Source: Nemertoderma westbladi (Eukaryota; Animalia; Xenacoelomorpha). Taken from it: a DNA stretch of 64,000 nt. Shown piece by piece: positions 1 through 41,590 of this stretch. The stretch covers positions 92,072-156,071 of the forward strand of contig JAUCBJ010007177.1 of assembly GCA_032718475.1 (NCBI GenBank). The letters are read 5' to 3'. How positions within the stretch are numbered: position 1 is the stretch's first letter; every line of letters begins with the position of its first letter. Both the position numbers and the translations under genes were made by a program. The notes beneath the pieces were generated by a model, which was not told the origin of the DNA, ran no database searches, and saw only the letters and a list, made by a program, of their open reading frames with translations.

Positions 1-29853
<29,853 letters not shown>

Positions 29854-31189
29854 TTATAAAATATTTATATATATTTTATTTATTATAGTTAGTTAGTGTC
29901 ACTAAATCTTTATCACTAAATGTTATTTTGTTTTTTTTATCTTTAAACCAAATGTTAGGCACCCCCAAATAGGAATATATTAAGGAAAAAGTATGACATA
30001 TTTTAATTAAATCGCCACTTTTGTTCAAATTTTGGATGGGCACATTAAAGTTGATTTTTATTCAATTAACAGCATCTGTTACCCAAAACAACTAACAAGT
30101 GGGCCATGTAAAAATATGAAGTCCATGTTGTAAAGCATTATAGTCAGTTTACCTGCCAACTCCCGAAAATTAAGTTTAGATGGCATTTTTTGTTAATGGT
30201 TGGCATCCACCTGATTTTTGTACTTCAAGACATGGCGAATCCAGCTAGGCCGGATGCCACCTCTGCATTTTTGATTGAATGCCTTTTTTGGGCTTCAAAG
30301 TTTTTTGCTCAAAAATGTTTCTTTTCAATTTTAGGATACAAGTTCATGGTGAATGTTAGTGAATCTCGCCTCTTGACCAGTTGATATATTGAAAGTTAAT
30401 CAAAATGCATCAATATTGTCCTGAAACTGTTGTTATGAACACTTTGGTATAAAAGAAAATTTCCGAAATTTCCTTGCAGTCCGCCATCCCGGCCCTAGCA
30501 ACCAACCGCCTTAGCAGCAGATTTATGAAATTTAAATTATTAATTGTTTGTCTCACCATTCCTTTTCCTGAAAAAACAACAAACAGTTTTAAAAATTAAA
30601 AAACCCATCACACAACTTAAATAACATCCTGGGAACACATCAAGGGCAATATGAAATCAAATAGCGTCTTATGTCGCAAACACAGGCCCATTATTTGAAC
30701 TAGAGTAATTTACACAAGTATCAAAATATTAAGTTTAAGTGGAGAATTCGTGTCAACGATTTGCTTCCATATTTGTAATTATTTAAAAATATCACTACAG
30801 CTAAGTAGCATTGTGATACTTCCCGTCATATTGTACACATTCGGGTGACATTTACAGTCCACGTTACCATAGCAACAGACCAAATAAGACAATTTAATAA
30901 GAATTAAATTTACAGAGTATCTATAATGCAGTTTTCCTTAGTCTACCTTACCAGAGTTTTGAGAAATTAAATGTGACACACGTCGCATAGCTATAACCTT
31001 GAACTGTTAGTCAACATCCTATCGTGATTTGGGGAATATTGTTTACTACAAATATGAATTTTAAAGTATCTCGGGCGTCTATCGAGATCTACAGTTAATA
31101 GTTAACTCACTCTAAATTCTGCTAAGATATTAGTTTGCAACAGGCAGGTATATCAGACTATGCACCGTCGAGACAGGAGGACACCAATC

Positions 31190-31290
31190 CCATTTCGGCG
31201 AATTATTATTTTGTCTCAATGTTAAATTATCAATTTAGGGAAAGGAGCAGTTTACACTGGCACGTTATTCTAACCAAAATAATAAACGAA
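31190..31290 (+). repeat. Short dispersed repeat fragment (copy 1)
   Basis: TCTCAATGTTAAATTA...TGGCACGTTATTCTAACCAAAATAATAAAC resembles 59990-60040 and 63430-63510. An inverted CTAACCAAAATAATAAAC lies at about 62613-62630. Confidence 0.55.
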
Positions 31291-31416
31291 TCTCAATAGA
31301 ACTGAATTAAGTTTTATTTTTGATAGTAATCAGCTGTTATTTGCGTCGATCCTTTGCGTCATTTTGATTGTGATACGGATTTAGTTTTGGAACGGTGGTT
31401 TCTTTACGTAATACTG

Positions 31417-33618
31417 GGAGACACTGACTGGGAGGTACAGCCCCACCTAGAGACACTGACTGGGAGGTACGGCCCCACCTAGAGAGACACTGACTGGGAG
31501 GTACAGCCCCACCTAGAGACACTGACTGGGAGGTACGGCCCCACCTAGAGACACTGACTGGGAGGTACGGCCCCACCTAGAGAGACACTGACTGGGAGGT
31601 ACGGCCCCACCTAGAGACACTGACTGGGAGGTACAGCCCCACCTAGAGACACTGACTGGAAGGTACGGCCCCACCTAGAGACACTGACTGGGAGGTACAG
31701 CCCCACCTAGAGACACTGACTGGAAGGTACGGCCCCACCTAGAGACACTGATTGGGAGGTACGGCCCACCTAGAGACACTGACTGGGAGGTACGGCCCCA
31801 CCTAGAGAGACACTGACTGAAGGTACAGCCCCACCTAGAGACACTGACTGGGAGGTACGGCCCCACCTAGAGACACTGATTGGGAGGTACGGCCCCACCT
31901 AGAGTCACTGACTGGGAGGTACGGCCCCACCTAGAGACAATGACTGGGAGGTACAGCCCCACCTAGAGACACTGACTGGGAGGTACAGCCCCACCTAGAG
32001 ACACTGACTGGGAGGTACAGCCCCACCTAGAGACACTGACTGGGAGGTACGGCCCCACCTAGAGACACTGATTGGGAGGTACGGCCCCACCTAGAGACAC
32101 TGACTGGGAGGAACGGCTCCACCTAGAGACACTGACTGGGAGGTACAGCCCCACCTAGAGACACTGTCTGGGAGGTACAGCCCCACCTAGAGACACTGTC
32201 TGGGAGGTACGGCCCCACCTAGAGACACTGACTGGGAGGTACGGCCCTACCTAGAGACACTGACTGGGAGGTACAGCCCCACCTAGAGACACTGACTGGG
32301 AGGTACGGCCCCACCTAGAGACACTGACTGGGAGGTACGGCCCCACCTAGAGACACTGACTGGGAGGAACGGCTCCACCTAGAGACACTGACTGGGAGGT
32401 ACAGCCCCACCTAGAGACACTGACTGGAAGGTACGGCCCCACCTAGAGACACTGACTGGGGGGTACGGCCCCACCTAGAGAGACACTGACTGGGAGGTAC
32501 GGCCCCACCTAGAGACACTGACAGGGGGGGGGGGGGGGGGTGGGGGCGGCCCCACCTAGAGACACTGACTGGGAGGTACGGCCCCACCTAGAGTCACTGA
32601 CTGGGAGGTACGGCCCCACCTAGAGACACTGACTGGGGGGTACGGCCCCCACCTAGAGAGACACTGACTGGGAGGTACGGCCCCACCTAGAGACACTGAC
32701 TGGGAGGTACGGCCCCACCTAGAGACACTGACTGGGAGGAACGGCTCCACCTAGAGACACTGACTGGGAGGTACAGCCCCACCTAGAGACACTGACTGGA
32801 AGGTACGGCCCCACCTAGAGACACTGACTGGGGGGTACGGCCCCACCTAGAGAGACACTGACTGGGAGGTACGGCCCCACCTAGAGACACTGACTGGGGG
32901 GGGGGGGGGGGGACGGCCCCACCTAGAGACACTGACTGGGAGGTACGGCCCCACCTAGAGTCACTGACTGGGAGGTACGGCCCCACCTACCCACCTAGAG
33001 ACACTGACTGGGAGGTACGGCCCCACCTAGAGACACTGACTGGGAGGTACAGCCCCACCTAGAGACACTGACTGGGAGGTACGGCCCCACCTAGAGACAC
33101 TGACTGGGAGGAACGGCTCCACCTAGAGACACTGACTGGGAGGTACGGCCCCACCTAGAGACACTGTCTGGGAGGTACGGCCCCACCTAGAGACACTGAC
33201 TGGGAGGTACAGCCCCACCTAGAGACACTGACTGGAAGGTACGGCCCCACCTAGAGTCACTGACTGGGAGGTACGGCCCCACCTAGAGAGACACTGACTG
33301 GGAGGTACGGCCCCACCTAGAGACACTGACTGGGAGGTACGGCCCCATCTAGAGACACTGACTGGGAGGTACGGCCCCACCTAGAGACACTGACTGGGAG
33401 GTACAGCCCCACCTAGAGACACTGACTGGGAGGTACGGCCCCATCTAGAGACACTGACTGGGAGGTACGGCCCCACCTAGAGACACTGACTGGGAGGTAC
33501 AGCCCCACCTAGAGACACTGACTGGAAGGTACGGCCCCACCTAGAGTCACTGACTGGGAGGTACGGCCCCACCTAGAGAGACACTGACTGGGAGGTACGG
33601 CCCCACCTAGAGTCACTG
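31417..33618. repeat. 32-bp minisatellite, left part (about 69 units)
   Basis: Unit CTAGAGACACTGACTGGGAGGTACGGCCCCAC, with +AG (34-bp) and poly-G variants. Confidence 0.97.
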
Positions 33619-35787
33619 TGATAAACAACCGCGACCTCTATACTAACAGCAGAACTGTTGAACAGACCAATACCCGTTAATATCCTTCTGCCAACCTAAT
33701 AAGCTCTCGCCTATCCAATAAGACACAAAGACTGCTCTACTGTTAAGTAAAGGGGATCAGGAGTGTGCTATTACTAAATTGTAAGGGTTGCTAAATACAA
33801 AACCGCTACTTACCGTTAGATGGCGCTAATCTGCCGTCCACTAATATATTTTACTAATTTTACACAACTCCTGCAAAATCGCTTGTTCCTTTCTCTACCG
33901 ATTGCTCAATAGAGAGCTAACTGTTCGAATCTATGAGCCACGCGGGAATAACCAAAACAATAAACCCGAGTCGGCTCCCTAAGCTTACTTAAGACGAGTG
34001 CGAGAGGCCTTGCACTCAGAGTATTCTTACGCCTAATTTTATCACTATTGAAGCACGCTATTACCTACGTCTTTCTAATCGCGAATACTGGGGTTTCTCT
34101 AACGTAATGTGTGAATGCGAGAATATTTAAAAATATCAAAATGGTACAGTATCTGTTTCTACGTGGATAATACCACCCCGAGTCTAAAACTGCCCGCGAC
34201 TGGCTTTAGGCCAGCAAAATTACTAGCGTATCGTGCGTACCGAATAGTGCGTTCTAGCTGATTGCCCGCTAATGCAAATAACCGCTCAGCGTGAATAGTT
34301 TACAGTACACTAATTATTACCTTAGCTACTCTCCGCTATGCTGCGTACTAATTCTTAATTTTTTACTAATTAGTTACAGTCACAAATATTTAACAGCGTA
34401 CTAATTACTAAGAGTTCCAGAATACGTAATTCTAATTTATCACGCAACAGGTTTCGATAGTAATAGCCTAATTTGCCGTATTACTTTGACCTAATCAATA
34501 ACTAATTATTGTAACTAAGAAATAGAAATCAATCAAAGGAAAAGAGCGCCTATCTAAACATTCGTAATCTTAGGCACACTTCAATAACACACCAATCAGC
34601 GTTAGAAATCACAGTTTACAATTATGCAATTCACTACTCGTACTCCACACTCAACGTTGTAATACGCGCAGGCCTCTCCCGGGTACATCTAGGATTCCTA
34701 ACTAACCCAATTCCTGCCCCCCTAATACTAAATAGAGACAAAACCTGGATCATCAGCCCCCTAGATACTGTACCGGCGATCGGTCTGCGTGCCGCAGTGC
34801 AAGTTACCCGCCCGCAACGGTGACTCTGGCCAGCGTTGCCCGCTTTGAATCCTCCGCTCTCTCCTAGTCGCTCAACCCCCCGATGCGCCCACCGCCCACT
34901 GGCACCTTAGCCCTTCATGATGCTAATAGCTACCGTAGCGGCGCATGCAAATCACAAAGTCTGACAGTCTCAGGAATCCCTTAGGATTATTGCGCAGAAA
35001 AGAATCACATAGAACCATTAATCAAAAGGTAGAAATCATAGTTCAGTTGTAATTAGCAGTAATCGAAGGAATTAATTGAGAAACACAAGCAAAGTAATCG
35101 CACTAGCAAATCATTCCAAGAAATTAATCAAAATTAGCAAATTGCAGAAAATACGATATCCTAATACAAAATTAGAGACAGCTCAGCAAGTAAAATGTAA
35201 CAGGGGTGTGTCATGTGATAAAGCATGAACATATGAACAAATATATGAACAACAAAGGCCCTACCGGCACACCGCCAATTTATAGGTGATCCGGATGGGG
35301 TGATGCAATAAGGTGACTCAATCGCTCTCCCATTGGCTCTCCAGTCCATGCTAGCATTAAACCAACCTGGAAGCAGTTAATCCAATAAGGAGACCGGATT
35401 GTAGCCCTATGCCCTCAAATTATTACCATATATGGTAATGGATCACGTCTCTGGCTGCTGAATGGCCAGGACAGCGTCCCTATATGCTAGCCCTATCAAA
35501 CTAATATCAGCAAGCACAGAATCCAGGGTCCGAATAAACTTGCTACCCTGGGACTATCTACATATCCTAATACAAAATTACGTAGGTAGGGCTACATACT
35601 ATACAAAATGAATGGATGCAAAATATATGGGCGTTTTAACTTCCTTACCTAAATACCACTGCGTTATTATGCCTTATCTAAAATATCATGCTGCACAACG
35701 GACTAATATTACGTACAGTATAACGGACTAATATTGCATACTGCATAACGGACTAATACTGTGGATACAGCGCCATATACCGTAACA
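33619..35787 (-). repeat. 3' LTR (2169 bp)
   Basis: Plus strand reads TGATAAAC...CCGTAACA. Same length as 50201-52369 and identical wherever spot-checked. Confidence 0.96.
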
Positions 35788-35795
35788 CCGCTCCA
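35788..35795 (-). other. Short, atypical polypurine tract (TGGAGCGG) directly before the 3' LTR
   Basis: Minus strand ...CCCTTGGAGCGG|TGTTACGG is in the PPT position but short and interrupted by a C. Confidence 0.45.
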
Positions 35796-36276
35796 AGGGA
35801 AATCATACAATGTTTCCCTCCAATTGTAGAAGAGTATAAGGTGATGTATACAAAACAAAATAAATTTCTTCCAACCAATCTAAATAACATAATAATTCTA
35901 CTATTTACAAATATTGCCATAGATATTGCATAATGAATTTACATACAAATTAAAATTACAAAATATTATCTCTCTCACTGTTTAACGATTATTACATACA
36001 AATTAAATTTACAAAATATTGTTTCTCGTTCATTCTTACTACATAATGATTACTACATACAAAATCAAATATAAAATTTTGCTAGGGCAAGTGAAAAGAG
36101 TAAGCCAAACCCGCAGGTTTGTCTCCCCAATCACTTCCTTCGCCTCTTTCATAATATAAATTCAAATAACTCAACTAGTGTATATGAGTCTAGTCGAAGA
36201 TTTTCAAATGCTACAATATACATCAGAGCGACGATGATGTATATATCTAGAGTCTGTCGCCCTGTGCCATAATGTA

Positions 36277-39200
36277 TTATCGACCCGCTCCTGGGTTCTT
36301 TGGGCTCGCTCCTCTCTTTCGCCCCCTTCCCAGATACACTAATCTACCTCTAGTCGACTCCGTTGACGGCGTCCGTGAGGCGTCACTCCCCGGAACTCGG
36401 CTCGAACTTCTCCCTCGGCCTCGTCCCAATTGTCGCGCTCCCGTGGTCGCTTCCGCCAACTCTTCCTTCTGCAGTTGCACACGCGCTTTCTCAGACGCCC
36501 CCTGCGCCTTGCGCTGCAACCTCTGTGCTTCTATAATTGAATGATAGTGGTCGTCCTTGACTTGACGCTTGTCTTGGACCCCTCCTCCTGGTTCTTTCCG
36601 CGAGCCTTGAGCTCCAGCGGTCGTCGCTGTGGTCGCTGCGATCCTTTGCTCTTGTATCCTCTCAGCGGTCAATGAACCCACTGGCACATGAGTTAACAAG
36701 AATTCGTTGCGGTACTGTATAGCCGCCATCCTCCAATCTCCTCGCGCGCGTACCACCTTTCTAGTCTCCGTAAATACACCCTTCGTAATGCGATCGCAAA
36801 TGGCAACGAAGTTCCATGTGTACTTATTGTCCATGTTCAATTGTCTGAAGTACTCTCGAACTACGATAACTCCAGTGTTCTGTGGAAGGTCTTGAGCAGT
36901 TAGGATGAGCTCCTGATATTGTGGTAGCGATTGTAGATATGGCTCGTACGCAACATGCGATGGGTCTACCGCCCAAAACCCATATCCCGCTTTAAATGGT
37001 AACCAACGCATCTGCGCTTGAATATGGTAATCCGCCACACTCTCCCACTTATCTAACATCTCCCGAAGTAGGTTAGCGCTATGGTTTTGAAAGGAATCAT
37101 CTCGCAGCTGACATCTCGCGCTACGATGTCCCTTTACCCCGCAATATCCGCATTGAGAAATGAAGACGGTGCACGTATGAAACGAATGGTCGGTCTCATT
37201 ACACCAACGACAGACCTTATGCGCCGCCTCTATTACCGCGTCGCACGACTTTAGATTGTGCCTTGTGCTGCCGCACAATTTGCACCTACGCGCTTGTGGA
37301 AACCAGGCCCTCTCGTATATGAGGTCTCCAATCAGTTTCGCACTTCCTTCCTTCCCAATGTCTAATACGATGTCGTCCTCTCCGGTCAACGGTTGTCGAT
37401 CCGGAACAAAGTAAACATCCTCGCCCTTGTCCTCTATCTCCAATATTTCCTCCCGCGTTCGTTTCGGATATGTCTTCTCCACCGGAAGATCTACTCCGAA
37501 CACCTCTACTAACGTTTCCGGCCAGCCCTCCTTAACAGGTCTATCAGCCTCCGAGTGGAAGGGAGTACCAAACCCGCGGGTTTGATTCCCGAACCACTTC
37601 TCCAAAGCTTCTGGCGTTGGATATTCCATCGACGGTCGGTCTCCCAAATCTCCGATGTTCTGTCGATATACTCCTTCGAATATCGCTAATCCTCTCCTCA
37701 CCATCGACGTATTCTCTAACGATTGGTTGAAGAACGGGGTTAAGAAACGCTTCATCACGTCGGATTGGATTCCCCCTTTCGAGCGAACGTATTGATCTCC
37801 TCCGAATACCAATGGATGACGCTTCAAAACTCGCGCAACGATATCCGCTAATAAACAAGTCACCGTGTTCGACTCAAGCACCAAATAATATTGTAGCGAC
37901 GCACGGGGTGGCGCGCAAATGTTCCAATACACTAACGCTTGCCGCTTGAAGTGGGATTTGAACTCCGCTCCCGGTGGCGTGTTGTATTCGCCATACGCCT
38001 CCTCGTACTTCTTCTGCGTCTTCAACTTAAAGTCCCAATTATACAACAAGTGTGCTATAAAGCCCATACCAGTCTTGGCAGAGTTGGGATACTCCCTATA
38101 AATTCCAATATCCTGTGCCCATAGCAACAATAGCTTGGTGTCGACAAACGGTCTCGGCAATCTATCTTCCAGATCAGTCATGGCGTTGAAGTCGCTCTCC
38201 AAATCGCTCTGGACTCCCGATCCCACCTTGACGTAATCTTGGTTGAGAATAGCCTCTCTAACCTTCTTTGGTAACATCCTGGCGTCGATACGCTCCGCTC
38301 CGTGCATACCTCCTCGCCTGCATACCTCCAAAATCTGTTCCCTAGGATCCTTCCCCTTCCGATATTGTGTCGTTATGATGGGCTCCGGTCTCTCTCGATC
38401 CGCCCTCACACGCATAAACACATGAGTCACACCATCGGCCGCACGAATCTGAATACACTTGCTGGTCAAGCATTCTTGATGGGACCCTCCTTCATTGTCG
38501 TAGAACATCACCCTCCAATCTTGCAGTGATTCCTCCGTTTTCCTCCACTGACGCTGAATCTCATCTGATGGGGTCCACATGCGCTCGATCGCCTTGTGGT
38601 CATCATATCGGGTATAAGAACCCTTCCTCCTCAGCCACGTCTGGTCTACCTCCTCGTCATCTGGGAATGTAGCCACCGCGACCCATACCTTGATGTACTT
38701 ATCCAACCATCCGAATAACTTACTCTCCTTCCCCGGAGCTCCAATCTTATCCAACGTGTCATAATCTGTGATCTGCATTGGGACATCACGCAAGAACTTC
38801 GCGCATAAAACTTCCCGTAAACAGTCAACGTTCCAATGGTCCGCCATTCTTACCATCGGCAAGAATCGTATCGCTTCTCGCGACTCCGGATGATCTACTA
38901 ATATCGCAGGTTCGGTGCCGTCGGAATAATACACCGGTCCGGGTTGAGATACGACCTGTGGAACAAATCCGGTCACTCTCCTCGTCTCCTCTTGATGTCT
39001 ATCCGCGGTCTTATTATACTCCGCTATCCTGTTCTCAAATAACTCCTTCGCCTTCGCCGCTCGCTCCTCCTGCCGCAACGCGTCCATGTCGTCCTGATGC
39101 TCAGGCGTGAGGCTTCTCACTCGGTGAGGTGAAGTAAACGCAGTCCAGGGACTCGAGAGCTCCAAACCCGCGGGTTTGGTACCCGAGTCCCGCGCCGCTT

Positions 39201-39951
39201 CGCGCCGCGCCTCTAGATCCTTATAGGCTCGGTACAGCGAAATGGCCGCTGCCGTCTCTATCAAACTGGGTGTCGAACAGGGTTTAATCTCCGTATACGG
39301 ATCTAATGTCGTAACGGTCGGCGTAATGGGTCTCGGAGGTCGCTTTCCGCTGAAGTCGATACTGATCATCGGGTTGCTCATCGGGTAACCTCCCTCGTTA
39401 TATCTAAGGAATTGGTGAGCTGGACATCGCGTTAATATCGGTTCCGGATGTTGCTCGTCTAATCGGTCGGGAATCGCCACGTCCTGTTTATTCATGCATT
39501 CACCACACTTGTAGAAGAGCTTGTATACGCTGAAGACTTTCGGCGTCTCCTGATCCTCGCCTCGAGTCCTCCGATACAGATGCATTCCGTCGAACTGGTC
39601 TCGGACTGCAGGTAGAGGCTCCTCATGTCGTAAATACATATTCATATGGTATAGTCGTGCGATTTCCTCGTCCGGATCTGCGCTAATGTCGCACACGTCC
39701 AAAGCAAAGTCGTAGGGATACCGCGTGCGATACTCTCTCCGCAAGACTTCCATCCGGTCCCCCAATGCTCTCATTCTTTCTCTCCGTAATTCTTTATCAT
39801 AACTTGGTTTATACTTCCCGTTCAGCTCCATCACGGACCGCCCATGGTAGTAAACGTTAGAGTTTTTACATCCTGGTCGCGCGAATGGTAGCTCCGCCTC
39901 CTCTCTGGCAGTAAATCCTCTGCGCGGTTGCGCTCTAATATCCCTCTCCAT
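36277..39951 (-). CDS. Extra retrotransposon ORF, 1224 aa: DnaQ/DEDDy (WRN/EXD/Mut-7-like) 3'-5' exonuclease domain, three CCHC zinc knuckles and an RG-rich tail
   Basis: ExoI-like VMFYDNEG (D485, E487) followed by CIQI; LPKKVREAILNQDYVKVGSGVQSD (D583); FVDT; GMGFIAHLL; W...QYYLVLES (Y689xxxE693). Knuckles CKLCGSTRHNLKSC, CRWCNETDHSFHTC and CGYCGVKGHRSARC (aa 890-947). C-terminal GRGRGR and GRGRKRG. The ORF is certain; the domain call is by motif recognition. Confidence 0.8.
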   Translation of the reverse strand: MERDIRAQPRRGFTAREEAELPFARPGCKNSNVYYHGRSVMELNGKYKPSYDKELRRERMRALGDRMEVLRREYRTRYPYDFALDVCDISADPDEEIARLYHMNMYLRHEEPLPAVRDQFDGMHLYRRTRGEDQETPKVFSVYKLFYKCGECMNKQDVAIPDRLDEQHPEPILTRCPAHQFLRYNEGGYPMSNPMISIDFSGKRPPRPITPTVTTLDPYTEIKPCSTPSLIETAAAISLYRAYKDLEARREAARDSGTKPAGLELSSPWTAFTSPHRVRSLTPEHQDDMDALRQEERAAKAKELFENRIAEYNKTADRHQEETRRVTGFVPQVVSQPGPVYYSDGTEPAILVDHPESREAIRFLPMVRMADHWNVDCLREVLCAKFLRDVPMQITDYDTLDKIGAPGKESKLFGWLDKYIKVWVAVATFPDDEEVDQTWLRRKGSYTRYDDHKAIERMWTPSDEIQRQWRKTEESLQDWRVMFYDNEGGSHQECLTSKCIQIRAADGVTHVFMRVRADRERPEPIITTQYRKGKDPREQILEVCRRGGMHGAERIDARMLPKKVREAILNQDYVKVGSGVQSDLESDFNAMTDLEDRLPRPFVDTKLLLLWAQDIGIYREYPNSAKTGMGFIAHLLYNWDFKLKTQKKYEEAYGEYNTPPGAEFKSHFKRQALVYWNICAPPRASLQYYLVLESNTVTCLLADIVARVLKRHPLVFGGDQYVRSKGGIQSDVMKRFLTPFFNQSLENTSMVRRGLAIFEGVYRQNIGDLGDRPSMEYPTPEALEKWFGNQTRGFGTPFHSEADRPVKEGWPETLVEVFGVDLPVEKTYPKRTREEILEIEDKGEDVYFVPDRQPLTGEDDIVLDIGKEGSAKLIGDLIYERAWFPQARRCKLCGSTRHNLKSCDAVIEAAHKVCRWCNETDHSFHTCTVFISQCGYCGVKGHRSARCQLRDDSFQNHSANLLREMLDKWESVADYHIQAQMRWLPFKAGYGFWAVDPSHVAYEPYLQSLPQYQELILTAQDLPQNTGVIVVREYFRQLNMDNKYTWNFVAICDRITKGVFTETRKVVRARGDWRMAAIQYRNEFLLTHVPVGSLTAERIQEQRIAATTATTAGAQGSRKEPGGGVQDKRQVKDDHYHSIIEAQRLQRKAQGASEKARVQLQKEELAEATTGARQLGRGRGRSSSRVPGSDASRTPSTESTRGRLVYLGRGRKRGASPKNPGAGR

Positions 39952-40708
39952 TATATTACGCGTATATACATATATATATATCCCAATAAGTGCCGTTACG
40001 TAACCAACTACACTGTGGGTAAATCAGTTAGATGTCGCCGAAGGACAGACCTCCCGAACCCCCCCCGCCTTCCAGCAGTTCAGGTTCGACTCTCTAGATC
40101 CCGTCTCTTCCTAACTAACTATCCTCTAACCTATTCCCATGCATAGCGCAAAAACTTTGGAGATAAACTGGCCGTGACCAACTCACTTTTTGATGCCCAA
40201 ACTACTCCCATTACTCCTACTAAACTACAGTAGTTAGAAAGGACCATAGTCACAATACTCGACTATACCAAACCCACAGGTTTGATAATCGAACATCACA
40301 CATCCTGCAAACTACTGAGTGGGGTCCATGTACGCCTCTGGTGCTACTAACCTTTAGCACCTTAGTTGCACTGTTGGCACCAATCTGTGGAAGTTGCTAA
40401 ACTCAATTTACACTCCTACGTAATATAGCCGTCACCATGGTTTCTAAATGCTATTTTCCAGGTTTCACGACTTTTCAAATTACTGTTTATCTATAGACGA
40501 ATTCTAAAACGCGTCTATATACAGCGTCTGGAATTGTCTTGGGTTCACTTTTCTAATTTTAAAATTTTTAATTTTCCAAAATTTTGAAAATAAAATTTTG
40601 TTTGATACCCACCAGACAAAACTCAATGCAAATCACCACAACCCCGCTCCTATGCATTTCCTTGTATTTGCATACGAGGAATGCATACGAAGTGAGTTGC
40701 GTCCAACA

Positions 40709-41590
40709 CTAACTCTGTTTTGAGGCAGGAGACAAATTATAATCTCCCGTCTCGATACGTGTCTCCTCTAATAACACAATATCTTGGACCGGTCGGTCCA
40801 AGGTGTGTAAACCTTTAGTTTTACACTTTTTTGGGTGCGGACACTTGCACCTAATTTTCACAGTGACTGTGCGCACTATGTTTTGCACGTCTGGGTGTGT
40901 GTGCAAGATCACTCCAGTCTCCCAATACTTTCTCTTGACAATCGGTTCGGTTATCAACACGTAATCTCCCCTTTGGAGACTCCGAACCGTTTTGTACCAC
41001 TTTGTTCTGGTAGATATGGTGGGAAGATAGTATTCCCGCCAATATTCCCAGAATGTGTACGCCACAAACTGTGTTACTTTCCAGCTTTTACGACTATATA
41101 GGTCGGCACTAATGGGTTCTGATGCCGGCACAAGAAATGCTGGACTCTGCATTAGCAAATGATTCGGCGTTAATGCAACACCGTCTGGCAACATAGCTAT
41201 CGGCCTCGAGTTTAGGGTATGCTCGATTTCAATGAAAGCTGTGACCAGTTCGTCGTCGGTAAGTTGTTTGTTCACAGGCAACGTTTTGGCAATGGCCTGC
41301 TTCACAGAGCGAACTAAACGCTCCCAACTTCCTCCTCTCCAAGGACTTTCTGGAGTATTGAATCTCCACTCAACTCTTTGCGGCAAAAGTGCTGCAGAAA
41401 TTTCCTTATTCTGTGCTGCTTTATGAGCCGCGTTCAACTCGCTATTCCCTCCGACAAAGTTTGTACCCTTGTCAGAGTAGAATGCCTTTACTAGTCCTCT
41501 CCTGGCCATAAATCTCTTTAAGGCCAGGAGCAGAGATTTGGTCGACATGTCTGCCACACGCTCAATGTGTATGGCTCTACTCGCCATACA
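40709..41590 (-). pseudogene. C-terminal part of the Bel/Pao integrase (DDE core and C-terminal domain), out of frame with gag-pol
   Basis: CMASRAIHIE...LKRFMARRG...SDKGTNFVG...PWRGGSWERLVRSVK...LNSRPI...LTPNHLL...FWEYWREYYL...RPVQDIVLL are typical Bel/Pao integrase motifs. Confidence 0.9.

Noticed and set aside
35161-35349. 62-aa ORF present in both LTRs
   Set aside because: No recognisable motif. It appears twice only because the LTRs are duplicates.
36277-39951. Envelope glycoprotein in the third-ORF position
   Set aside because: No signal peptide, C-terminal transmembrane anchor or fusion-protein cysteine pattern. The motifs point to a nuclease and nucleic-acid-binding protein.
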